This document shows positions 19,246-29,354 of a stretch of 64,000 bases of DNA, in pieces. Position 1 is the stretch's first letter, and each line of letters starts with the position of its first letter. Below the pieces are notes generated by a model that had not been told where the DNA came from, did no database searches, and saw only the letters and a program-made list of their open reading frames with translations. The position numbers and the translations under genes are program-made. Location: positions 256,001 through 320,000 of the forward strand of contig CM000433.1 in NCBI GenBank assembly GCA_000165345.1. Reading direction: 5' to 3'.

Positions 19246-22065
19246 TCACTCATTAGATTGAGAACTATTTTTATCATTGTTTAATGAGGGCGGTGAAGAA
19301 TAACCAAATTTGACGGAGTCGGAAGTATCTTCGTTAGGAACAAACTTAGAGAATAAAGGCGCAACTTCCGTACCATTTAAGGGGGATAAAGCGAATTTGC
19401 CTTGAGAAGTGCCATTTGTGAGTATTAAGCTTGAACTAATGTATCTTTCATTATTTAAATTTGTAGTTTGATTCATTGTGTTTGAGCTTCCAGGCGCTCT
19501 ATCAAGCTGATCGGATTTATCTTTTATATAATTAGGATTAGATTCAGTTGAATTTAATGAATTGATATTGGTTCCATTGTATTGTGATTGACTTGAGTTC
19601 GAGACATTATTTATAACGTTAGCTGGTGTAGTTGTAGTTGTAGTGTACTTTTTGAAAATGTGTTGATTTTGTAATAAGTCTGTTTGCTTTTCTGACCTTT
19701 TATCTGTTGCATTATTAGATTGATTGATTCTATTTTTTGCATCAGAGTTGTTATCGTAAGTTTTATTCGTTTCCTTAGTCGCTTCAGGAGAAGTAGTATT
19801 TAATAACTTTTTTTGGGCTGGAATAATTAAATTTGAGTCATCATTTAACTGGGTGTTAGTAGGCTGTAATCTATTATTATTTTGAGATAAAAGCATTAAA
19901 GTATTTGAAAGCGAGCTGTTAATGCTAGCTGTGGTGGCGGTTGTTGTTGTAGTGGTAGTGGTAGTAGTTGTGGTAGTAGTTGTGGTAGTAGTTGTGGTAG
20001 TAGTTGTGGTAGTGGTAGTAGTAGTAGTAGTTGTTGTTGTTGTAGACGTTGTATAATATGGCTTAAAGAATTCCTTTTTTGGTAGGAAAGAAATATTGTT
20101 TAGATCTATTTGGTTAAAAAGAGATGATTTACTAGCTTTTTGAGAACTGTTTGTATTCTCTCTGAGCCTCCTATTCACAGATGCAATTTTGCCAACATTG
20201 GAAGCGTTCAAAAATAGGTTTGCTTCAGTAGTAGTAGTGGTTGTTGTGGTAGTAGTAGTTGTGGTAGTAGTAGTTGTTGTGGTAGTAGTAGTAGTAGTAG
20301 TTGTTGTTGTTGTTGTCGTAGTTGTAGTTGTTGTGGTAGTAGTTGTTGTGGTAGTAGTAGTTGTTGTGGTAGTTGTAGTAGTTGTGGTAGTTGTAGTAGT
20401 TGTGGTAGTAGTAGTTGTTGTGTAATATGGCTTAAAGAATTCCTTTTTTGGTAGGAAAGGAATATTGTTTAGATCCATTGGATTTATAAATGTTGATTTT
20501 ACAGTTTCTTGTGGGCTATTAGGACTNNNTNNNTANNNTNNNNNTTNTNNGANGCANTAGNANNANNNNNNGATANNNNNANNNNTNNNNNNAGNATNNN
20601 CNNNNNGNNGNNNTNGNNNNNGNNNNNGTANTNNNTNGNTNNNTNNNTAGNGGTGAANNGAGNANTGGTANTNGTGGTAGTAGNTGTNNTTGNGGNACGG
20701 TTGTAGNANTTNTNGTGGTGAGNNGTNNNANNTNNANNAGTAGNNNNGGTAGTANNNNNNNTTGNANNGTNTNGNANTANTAANGTTNNGNTANNGAANT
20801 ANNANTAGNTNTNNTAGTNNTAGTAGTAGTAGTAGTTGTTGTTGTTGTTGTGGTANTAGTAGGTAGTTGNTGNNGTTGTGGNAGTAGTAGTTGTNGTGGT
20901 GGTAGNAGTTGTTGNTGTTGTGGTAGTTGTAGTAGTTGTTGTGGTAGNTGTAGTAGTTGTGGTAGTAGTTGTAGTAGTAGTTGTAGTTGTGTAATATGGC
21001 TTAAATGGGATTCAAAAATTTTTCTTTCATTTGGAAAAATGGATTGTTTAAATCTATNGGAAGAAAAAAGTTTGGTTTTGCAATTTCCTGCGATGAATTT
21101 GAATTGATTTGTGAAACTTCATTGCTTGCTGTGATACCTAAACTTGGCGAGTTCAAAGCTAGACTTTCTGCAGTGGTAGTAGTTGTGGTAGTTGTTGTTG
21201 TTGTGGTGGTAGTAGTTGTGGTAGTGGTAGTTGTTGTTGTTGTGGTAGTGGTAGTNGTNGTTGTTGTGGTAGTGGTAGTTGTAGTAGTTGTTGTTGTGGT
21301 AGTAGTAGTAGTTGTTGTNGTNGTNGTTGTTGTGGTAGTGTAGTGGNTAGTTGTTGTAGTGTGGTGGGTAGTTGTGNTGGTAGTAGTAGTTGTGGTAGTG
21401 GTAGTAGTAGTTGTGGTAGTGGTAGTAGTAGTTGTAGTTGTTGTTGTGGTGGTAGTAGTAGTAGTTGTTGTTGTTGTCGTGGTTGTGGTAGTTGTAGTTG
21501 TTGTTGTGGTGGTAGTAGTAGTTGTAGTAGTTGTAGTTGTGGTTGTGGTAGTTGTAGTTGTTGTGGTAGTTGTTGTGGTAGTTGTAGTTGTAGTTGTTGT
21601 TGTGGTTGTGGTAGTAGTAGTTGTTGTGGTTGTGGTGGTAGTTGTTGTTGTGGTAGTTGTTGTCACTGGTCTAAATGGTCTAAAGAATTGTTCTTTCATT
21701 TGGAAAAATGGATGGCTTAAATCCATTGGATTAAAGAACGACGAGGACTTCACAGTCGAATCGTTTCCCAGTAACACTTTAGAACTATCCAAATTAGTGC
21801 TATTTGTATACTCAGTAGATAAAGGCATTCCGGGCAAATCGATGCCACCTATGCCAGTTAATATACCTTCAGAAGCATTTTTACTGTTTGTTACGTAGGA
21901 TTCATCTATATTACTTGGTGTGATTTGATTACCTCCTAACTCACTATTCCATGCCTCTGATTTATTTTCAGAGTATGTGATGGTATTAACTTCACATAAA
22001 GCATACTTTGAAAATTGAAGCAGAAGAAAGAAAAATAAAGTCGAAAAAACCTGTAGAAAATTCAT
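19246..22065 (-). CDS. Mucin-like secreted glycoprotein with modular poly-Thr arrays. It is probably one long gene that the assembly breaks with N's and an apparent frameshift near 21001, leaving track ORFs 21001..22065 and 19246..20478.
   Basis: Signal peptide at the 22065 end (MNFLQVFSTLFFFLLLQFSKYALC). It contains at least four modules of Ser/Asn-rich linker, a conserved motif (NPMDL / DLNN-I-PF(L/F)-KKEFFKPYY, seen 4 times), then 40-170 consecutive Thr from (ACT/ACC/ACA)n. The frame stays open from 20478 upstream into the N region, so the M of MDLNN is internal (F I N P M D L N N). The stop at 21001 sits where KEFFKPYY reads KFLNPI*, a 1-nt frame slip relative to the other copies. Confidence 0.6.
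19930..21665 (-). repeat. (ACN)n trinucleotide coding minisatellite encoding poly-Thr. Blocks at about 19930-20052, 20225-20421, 20527-20990 (N-rich) and 21172-21665.
   Basis: The plus strand reads (GTA/GTG/GTT)n, which is why the track shows spurious poly-Val and Cys/Gly/Ser ORFs. There is 3-nt periodicity with higher-order GGTAGT/AGTTGT units. Ambiguous bases occur at 20527..21377. Confidence 0.85.
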
Positions 22066-22258
22066 TCGAATTACTAAACTTCTAATAAATAAAGAATGTA
22101 AACAGTATTATTTGTTTTTTTGGAATCTGGTGGTGTGTATGTTATAAAATTATCACATCACAAAAATAACATATTCTCGAAATAGAGTAGTTTTGACATC
22201 TTTAAAGTCAACTTAAATCGAGACCGCGCAAGATTTTTTTTTTATTTATTTATTTATT

Positions 22259-23011
22259 ATGAGGAGACTACAATCATTCAAGACACCATCAAGGTTAAAT
22301 GAAAAGTTAAAGTTCTCAAACAAGAGCAATAGCATTAACGATGCTACGATAAACAACAGCACAAAATTTGTTCCAAATATAAGTGCGTTCGATTCTAACG
22401 AAGTTTTAAATAACAGCGCTCAAACAAATGATATTTCATTAAGAAATATAAAGTTTGACGAGAAGTCTGAACTGGAAGAGGTTGAACGGACTAATAGTTT
22501 GCAAAGCTTTGATTTGCCTTCAATAAAGGCTATTAAAAGATTTGAAGCTTTAAATAAATCAGGAAAACAAATTTTAATTTACGATCAGTCCAATAATATT
22601 TCTGTTGAGCCAACAATTGACAACCGAACCGTAGGTGTCTGCAATCATATTTCTGAATCTGGGATCGAAAATGTTCACAACAAATTAGAAGGCTGGTCTG
22701 TGTTTCAATTACCCAAATATATGCCTGAAAGTAAAAAAAACTACTGCGAGATTAGCAAAAATTCTACTCCTACATTACTACACGACACTCCCTCAGGTTC
22801 TATTGGTAAGCTAATATTTAGGCAAGACGGTAATATAGATTTATATTTAAATTCAAGCAAAGACAAAGAATGTACCTCGTTCAAAATAGACTGTATATCG
22901 AAAGACAATTCAGAGCAATTTATTGCTGCATTTTCAAAAATAAATGAACTAATTAACCTCGGGAAATGTGATTCATTATTAATTGCTACCCCTAAAATAC
23001 AAAAATATTAG
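22259..23011 (+). CDS. Hypothetical protein, 250 aa. Weak resemblance of the C-terminus to RNA polymerase III subunit RPC4/C53.
   Basis: ATG at 22259 preceded by a T-rich tract. The segment GSIGKLIFRQDGNIDLYL...SEQFIAAFSKINELINLGK is reminiscent of the Rpc4 C-terminal (iGkL.v.kSGk) region. This is a low-confidence assignment. Confidence 0.4.
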   Translation: MRRLQSFKTPSRLNEKLKFSNKSNSINDATINNSTKFVPNISAFDSNEVLNNSAQTNDISLRNIKFDEKSELEEVERTNSLQSFDLPSIKAIKRFEALNKSGKQILIYDQSNNISVEPTIDNRTVGVCNHISESGIENVHNKLEGWSVFQLPKYMPESKKNYCEISKNSTPTLLHDTPSGSIGKLIFRQDGNIDLYLNSSKDKECTSFKIDCISKDNSEQFIAAFSKINELINLGKCDSLLIATPKIQKY

Positions 23012-23025
23012 AGTATAGTCAGAAT

Positions 23026-25278
23026 TTAATTAATTCTAATGTTATTATCTTCGAACCATGTAATTGGGAACCACTTAGGGAATACTCGTTTATATAATGG
23101 CATTCCTACTACTTCGTTTTGCTGTATTGGTCTGCTGAATAAGCATTTCATATATCCATGCATGCCCAAAGGTTCTCTTATTATTCCTCTGATGCCGCTC
23201 CTAGTTCTCAATCCAACAGATTTGAACCACTTGACGTCTTCAGGATTGTTAAACATATTTCTTACAACAGCTTTCGATTTTCTTACTTTAAATAGGTTGC
23301 CAACTAGCACTATTCTTTTAACAATAACACGATATGGGTCTGCATCAAGGATGTCACCCCATGCGAGAGGCCAATCATTTAATGTAAAATTTCCAGGCTT
23401 GAAGTTTTTATAAGTAATTTTATTTTGAGAATTAGAGTTTATATCACGAAGTGAAAAAAGTAAAATAGGGCATGGGGGAAAAACGATTGTGCTGTAGCAT
23501 GAAATAATGTAATAATCTCCATGTAACAAGACTTTGCATTGCTTCAGTATCTGAGTCCTTTCTATTTTAGTCGCAGATGAAATACGAGGACAATTACTTA
23601 CTATGGGACATATGTAAAATCTCCTAAACCCTGCTTGTAAAACCAATGGTGTTTTATTCTTGATTAAATCATTATTCTCAGCTGTCCTTTTTATCCTAAA
23701 ATTCATAACCCCAACTTTTCTTTCAAAAGGTAAAATAGATGATAAAATTATTATTCGATTTGAAACATTCTTATCTTTTAATGCTCTTTGTGCTTCCGAA
23801 GATACAGGGGATAATTTAATCTCGCAATATTTACCTTTAAAATTTTCTTGGTTGCAATTATCAACATAGATTTTTCTGGAGATTTCTCCTGTCTTTTTAA
23901 ATGATTCGATTTCAAATATTTTGGAATATTCACTGGGAAGATTTTCAAACGGATCCCAGTTGGAAGTTCTCAGAGATTCTAATCCTCGATATTTTTTAAA
24001 ACGAGTACGGCAAATAGTTTCTATTTCAACTCTCTTTTCATCAGAAGAAATCTCATGCTCATCTTCAGATTCATCAGTCAGAATTTCGTGCATACTGTCA
24101 ATTTCTGATTCTAAATCTAAATTGTCTTCATAGTGTTCAATACCATTAGCAGATAAATTATTAGGAGTATCAATGTGCATAGACTCAGCATATTTACAGA
24201 AGTCTTCATGTGAGCTATCATCAAGAGAAATGGAATTTTCCATTCCAATGGTCCCAACAAGTTCTTTATTTAAAATTTCATTGTTTTTTAAGCCACTAGG
24301 AATAAATTTATTATGGCTGGAAGGAGGAGTAGAAGATTTATGTAGAGGATCATCTATGGGACGAATTTCGTCAATAACGAAATCGCCAATATTAGTTATA
24401 TGGACAGGAAAGTTCATGGATAATCCTACTCCACGTACAAAACCTCTAATGACGAGTTGACATTTTTCTTCATTAGAATAATTATTTACTACAATGCTAG
24501 ATGATTCCGAAAGCATGTAGCCTCTTCCTTCTCTTAAGCATATTTTTGAATAGCCCATATTAGGAATTGAAGATAACAAGTTTCGAATATCATTTTCTTT
24601 CTGTAGAGAGAAAAATTTCATATTCTTCTCAAATTCCATTTCGAATGATTTCTTAAATACTTTTTCGCAATCCAAAATCTTATTGCCGAAATTATGACTC
24701 TCATTATGGAAAAAAAGCCCTATGGTATCGGTTTGGCCTTGAAGTTTTATAGATTTTAGTAATTTATATCCAATTTCATCGAATGCTTGGAATTCATCGT
24801 TAAACCCAAATAAGGCCATGACAAAATCCGAGCATTTGATTAAGTCTAACGTATCAAAAATTTTGTTATATTCTGCAATACAAATAGATAGTTTATGCTT
24901 GCCTATGTTAAATGTGAATACACTATTTGAGTTATTTTGAAAATGAATCTCAGATTCAGAGTTTCCAGGATAATGAAGATAAATATAATTGGATAATACT
25001 TTGACAACTGAAATAGGATCGCAATAAGAGTTAAATGGAATAATTGTGCACAGTATTGGAGTTCCTAACTGACACGCCTTTTCTTCTTTCCTTAAGTTAT
25101 TAGAAATGATTTTATTTTTTCTGAGTTGATTTTTTTGATTTTCTCTATTTTTCCCAGAAAGTGGCTTTAAAAAACTTTCATTACACTTTCTAAGTCTTTG
25201 ACTTGATTTCTTGCGTATGGACGATCTACCTTTGAAAGGTTTGTTGGACTGTTTTAATATCGGTTTATGACGATGCAT
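23026..25278 (-). CDS. TSR1: Pre-rRNA processing / 40S biogenesis protein TSR1 (Bms1/Tsr1 family).
   Basis: N-terminus MHRHKPILKQSNKPFKGR matches the Tsr1 start. The C-terminal AARP2CN/DUF663-like region RIVLVGNLFKVRKSKAVVRNMFNNPEDVKWFKSVGLRTRSGIRGIIREPLGMHGYMKCLF...VVGMPLYKRVFPKW closely matches the Tsr1 C-terminal consensus. Confidence 0.8.
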   Translation of the reverse strand: MHRHKPILKQSNKPFKGRSSIRKKSSQRLRKCNESFLKPLSGKNRENQKNQLRKNKIISNNLRKEEKACQLGTPILCTIIPFNSYCDPISVVKVLSNYIYLHYPGNSESEIHFQNNSNSVFTFNIGKHKLSICIAEYNKIFDTLDLIKCSDFVMALFGFNDEFQAFDEIGYKLLKSIKLQGQTDTIGLFFHNESHNFGNKILDCEKVFKKSFEMEFEKNMKFFSLQKENDIRNLLSSIPNMGYSKICLREGRGYMLSESSSIVVNNYSNEEKCQLVIRGFVRGVGLSMNFPVHITNIGDFVIDEIRPIDDPLHKSSTPPSSHNKFIPSGLKNNEILNKELVGTIGMENSISLDDSSHEDFCKYAESMHIDTPNNLSANGIEHYEDNLDLESEIDSMHEILTDESEDEHEISSDEKRVEIETICRTRFKKYRGLESLRTSNWDPFENLPSEYSKIFEIESFKKTGEISRKIYVDNCNQENFKGKYCEIKLSPVSSEAQRALKDKNVSNRIIILSSILPFERKVGVMNFRIKRTAENNDLIKNKTPLVLQAGFRRFYICPIVSNCPRISSATKIERTQILKQCKVLLHGDYYIISCYSTIVFPPCPILLFSLRDINSNSQNKITYKNFKPGNFTLNDWPLAWGDILDADPYRVIVKRIVLVGNLFKVRKSKAVVRNMFNNPEDVKWFKSVGLRTRSGIRGIIREPLGMHGYMKCLFSRPIQQNEVVGMPLYKRVFPKWFPITWFEDNNIRIN

Positions 25279-25756
25279 TTCAAAATGTCAAAAATAACCG
25301 TAATAATTGCGGCGGTACGCTAGGATAATTAAGAAGACAAAATTATAAATTTATTTCGGTAATTAAGATCCATATAAAAACGAAAAAATATTTATGGTTG
25401 TATTTTGAAATATTATTTTTATTAGTTATTATTTTAACCTATAAGCTATTTTTTAAATATTGAATACAACGCATATTTTGTTGTTATACCTCTATTTTAG
25501 AAACTTATTAGTTAATTGTAACCTACAATCTTAGAATACTCATTGATACTTTATCAAATCAAATTAATCGCTTCTTAATCTCCTTTTACATACGAGTTGG
25601 CGACGCATTAAGTTTGCGTAAGATCTTCATAAAAGTTACATAGATGATAATATTTACAATGATAATACTTATGCATGTTTCATTCGTATTATAATTTGCA
25701 ATACTGTTTAATATTGGTTTAGGTTTTATATCTGACCTCAAAATAGAAGCGATTAA

Positions 25757-28075
25757 TCATTTGGGGAAATTTATCCAGTATTCAGAATAAATGGCTTTGA
25801 AATAGAATTTAAATTCAGAGTAGTAGTCTCGTTGAAATGCTGTACGTTTACTAGTGTAGCAAAAGATTTGATTCGAGTACTTTTTTGATAGAATGATATT
25901 TCGAATAGTTTGAAAAATAGTACGAATATTTTCTGTCGCTACAATACTGTCGATGCCTATTAACTCATTTTCAAAACAGTTAATTGTAATTTTAATGGGC
26001 TCATAAAGCTCTATAATTGAATTAAGAATTTCTGCGACAGGAGGAGCGGATATTTTGCCCTCTAGGCTGGATTTAAAAAAAGATATTTCATTATTACTAA
26101 TACATCTTTTGAGAAAAATATTTAACTTTTGAATTTCAGTAATTAATGAAAACTTAATTATAATGTAAATAAGTTCGGAATTTGATAACAAATTTTCATC
26201 TTTTAAACTTTCAATAATTAGTTTGAGTAATGATTTATGCATTAAAATTCCACAGTAGAATCTGTTAAAGAATCTCAAGTTAGATCTATCTCCATTATAA
26301 GTATTTAGCGAACAGTATATTTGACTACTTAAAAAAATTAAATAATGAGTAATTTTTTCTGCAACATGCCAATGAAAATTTTTCATGTAAATTGAAATAT
26401 TTTCAATAATAGAATAAATAATGCTACATAAATAAATGTCCTTACCAAATTTGTAGTTATAAAACATTGCTCTTAGTAATACAGCAATTAAAATATTACC
26501 AATAGATATTGAATGATTTTCTGATAATTCAAACCCACTTTTTTCCTTATTACCGCTACATTTATGAATCACTTTTTTAAGAGAGTCATCCTCTAGCCAA
26601 TGTGGGAGGCTTTCAATATAAGTATAGCTCAGAACCTTGCACATATTTAAATCATTTGTTAATCTGAGAATAATAGAGAGTAGAGCAATCAGCTGGCATA
26701 AATTAGTTTCATCTATGTCTTTTGAGATAATATAAACGGGTTCCAATAAAGCAAGTATTAAGGCATCTGGGTCAGCTCTTGATAAGCAATAGGAAATAAA
26801 ATAAGAGTTTGAATGCACCAAAGAATATAGGAAAAAAACAAAAAGATTGTGTTTTACGAGAACTCCATTAAAAGTTACCGAACGATAGGCTTGCTCAAAG
26901 TATGGAAAATCTACAAAGTCAGTTTTGTTGGCATCCACATCCGAGTCTGTGTTAGAATCTGATAAAATAAGGTTATCTGGAATAAATCTTGGATCAGAAA
27001 AATGATTAATCCATTCTGAATATATATTGAATTTTAATTCTGGTGGATTAAAAAGAATAGTTGAAAGCAATATAATTGACTTTTTTTTATTTAGTTCAAA
27101 TAATTGACATTTTTTTTCAAAATTGAGCGATTTTTTAATTAAATATTGCAAAAATAGGTACCTGTTATCTTGAAACAAGTCAGAATCGTCCTCACAATAT
27201 ATTAATTTTACAGATTTTATCGATGAGTGAACTTGAAAGCATGTAATAAATGTGTAAATGTCACCATTATCTATATGTTGATGATTTTCAACATTTGGCA
27301 AGAATAATACTAGCATAATATCCATTAAAGTATTCTGAAGGCTAATTAATAGATTGCAAATCTCGCTAAGTGAATTACTTTGATCAATGTACTTTTGAGA
27401 GCATACTAGGAATGAAGGTATATTTAAAAAAATTTGTTCAAATACAGAAAGATCTTCAAATGATGCCAATAAATGCTCATTTTCTTTTAAAAACTTCGAC
27501 GACTTAGATACATATTTGATTAAGTTAAGCTTGCTACTATTGTTTCCTTCTACTTCGTTGTATTTAAACAAAATAAATTTTTCGAGTTCACTTAATTGCT
27601 CACTTGTAAAATTCGAATCATTGACAAAATTAATATACTGTGTATGTTCTGCTGATTTTATTAGTTCATCTATTCCGAAATTCTTTAAATAGTGTATAAT
27701 TATAAACTTAATTACTATACCCAAACCAATTAAGTGATTTATACTAGTTATTAGACGATCGTATTGAAATCTATTGCTTTCAATAGAAATGTATAATTCT
27801 CTCTCTTTTTCAAGTAATATTTCAATGAAAAATAGAGTTAAAGAACGAAAATTTCCACTAGTTGCATTTCTTACAAATAGTTTTGAAGAAATATGTTCAA
27901 ATATAAATTGATCTGCGAATGAATTATCTTCGATTGGAGTAATAATTAACTTTTGTAACTCATTCAAAAGAGATAAATTGGTTCTAATATTTTCTTTTTG
28001 TAAAAATGGTTCAATAAACCTTAGGCAGTTTTGTGGTAAGGAATTATCCTTATCTTTAGAAATGGATGAACCCAT
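25757..28075 (-). CDS. DYM: Dymeclin (DYM)-like protein with a predicted N-myristoylation site.
   Basis: N-terminus MGSSISK fits the MGxxxS/T myristoylation consensus (dymeclin begins MGSNSS). TSGNFRSLTLFFIEILLEKERELYISIESNRF parallels dymeclin [29 protein letters not shown]. The later segments RADPDALILALLEPVY and LIALLSIILRLTND also align. Confidence 0.6.
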   Translation of the reverse strand: MGSSISKDKDNSLPQNCLRFIEPFLQKENIRTNLSLLNELQKLIITPIEDNSFADQFIFEHISSKLFVRNATSGNFRSLTLFFIEILLEKERELYISIESNRFQYDRLITSINHLIGLGIVIKFIIIHYLKNFGIDELIKSAEHTQYINFVNDSNFTSEQLSELEKFILFKYNEVEGNNSSKLNLIKYVSKSSKFLKENEHLLASFEDLSVFEQIFLNIPSFLVCSQKYIDQSNSLSEICNLLISLQNTLMDIMLVLFLPNVENHQHIDNGDIYTFITCFQVHSSIKSVKLIYCEDDSDLFQDNRYLFLQYLIKKSLNFEKKCQLFELNKKKSIILLSTILFNPPELKFNIYSEWINHFSDPRFIPDNLILSDSNTDSDVDANKTDFVDFPYFEQAYRSVTFNGVLVKHNLFVFFLYSLVHSNSYFISYCLSRADPDALILALLEPVYIISKDIDETNLCQLIALLSIILRLTNDLNMCKVLSYTYIESLPHWLEDDSLKKVIHKCSGNKEKSGFELSENHSISIGNILIAVLLRAMFYNYKFGKDIYLCSIIYSIIENISIYMKNFHWHVAEKITHYLIFLSSQIYCSLNTYNGDRSNLRFFNRFYCGILMHKSLLKLIIESLKDENLLSNSELIYIIIKFSLITEIQKLNIFLKRCISNNEISFFKSSLEGKISAPPVAEILNSIIELYEPIKITINCFENELIGIDSIVATENIRTIFQTIRNIILSKKYSNQIFCYTSKRTAFQRDYYSEFKFYFKAIYSEYWINFPK

Positions 28076-28225
28076 ATTTTACTAAAATGAATCTTGCGGC
28101 AATAATTATTACACATTCACACATGAATTAAACTAGAAATAAATTACAAAATTAGGCAATGAAAGCTGTCATTAATTCAATAATAATACTAAGCTATACT
28201 ATACTATATTCCAATAGTAGAAATT

Positions 28226-29122
28226 TTATTTACTCTTCGATATTTTTTTGTTTATTTTTGAAAGCTCACAAAAAGATTTTAATTGTTCATTGTTGTCCGC
28301 AAATCTAATTTCAGAAAAGTGCGTATAGTTAGGGTATTCAATTATTTCATATAGTTCTTCGTTAAAATTAGGCCTTATTATATTTCTTAAAGGTAGAAAC
28401 CACAAGTACTTGCTTTCACCGAATATCATTTTAAAGTTGTTGAAAAGTTTTATTTTCTTACCACGTTTATTTGTCATTGATTCTACGAGAGTGGAATTTG
28501 AAGAAATATAATCTATTTGATCAAATAAAAATATTACCGTAGTTAAAAAAATTATGATATGAATTATCAAATTAATGATTAAAGCTTGTCTCATTTCCTT
28601 GATTCCATTCTCTAAAGAAAATATAATTAACTTAGTTAAGAGGAAGAACGACGAGACTATAGTTAAAGAAGACGAGCAAGCCAAATAAAATAAAAAAAGA
28701 ATATAAATTTTTTGATTAGAATATCCAATGCAATTGTTTATAAGCATGCAATGATGGTCCATTTTGAAAATGCAAATATTACACGTTGTACAATGATGCG
28801 CTCTCGGGGGTTTCCATTTTCTTCCTGAGCATTTATTACAGTATCTAATTGTAGACTTAAACTCTCTCGGAGGATTATTGTCGCATTTTAGTGATTCCAA
28901 AGAGCCTGGGTCCTTAATAATAAGTATAGCAAAGGAATAAATGGTCAAGAGGGTCAAGATAGTATACCAAGTTAGTATTCCGCTCCAAAGGTAATAAAGT
29001 AAACTTGATTGATAAACTTTGAGACAAGCTATAAAGTTAAAAATTGTGTAGCAATTAATTAAAACTAATGTAATAAATATAAATAGTGAAGGAGATTGTT
29101 TAAGGATTGATTTAACGAGCAT
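28226..29122 (-). CDS. DHHC-type protein S-palmitoyltransferase (zf-DHHC), multi-pass membrane protein.
   Basis: CNKCSGRKWKPPRAHHCTTCNICIFKMDHHCMLINNCIGYSNQKIY contains the DHHC cysteine-rich domain with an intact DHHC tetrad, flanked by four hydrophobic helices. Confidence 0.85.
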   Translation of the reverse strand: MLVKSILKQSPSLFIFITLVLINCYTIFNFIACLKVYQSSLLYYLWSGILTWYTILTLLTIYSFAILIIKDPGSLESLKCDNNPPREFKSTIRYCNKCSGRKWKPPRAHHCTTCNICIFKMDHHCMLINNCIGYSNQKIYILFLFYLACSSSLTIVSSFFLLTKLIIFSLENGIKEMRQALIINLIIHIIIFLTTVIFLFDQIDYISSNSTLVESMTNKRGKKIKLFNNFKMIFGESKYLWFLPLRNIIRPNFNEELYEIIEYPNYTHFSEIRFADNNEQLKSFCELSKINKKISKSK

Positions 29123-29354
29123 TTGATTTATTCTGTATAAATATCAATGAATTGATTAATAAAACATAATATTTATCTAATGTAGTTCTGGTAGGTAATG
29201 ATTATATTAAATATTATATTTATAAACAATAATCCTTATAGTCTGCTGTATATTTACTATTTAGTGGCTTTGTTCGCATGGTTTACATTCTAATGATCAT
29301 CTTTTTAGTTATGGCGCATAAAAAAAAAAAAGAATTATTTTTATTAGTACATAA

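Noticed and set aside
19930-21665. Possible CRISPR-like repeat array
   Set aside because: Strict 3-nt periodicity, no unique spacers, and the region lies inside a eukaryotic coding region.
20189-21898. Plus-strand poly-Val ORFs and Cys/Gly/Ser-rich ORFs (20189..20425, 20850..21107, 21005..21343, 21343..21720, 21359..21898)
   Set aside because: They are antisense or off-frame readings of the (ACN)n poly-Thr array. They have no start context, and the minus strand carries the signal peptide and conserved module motifs.
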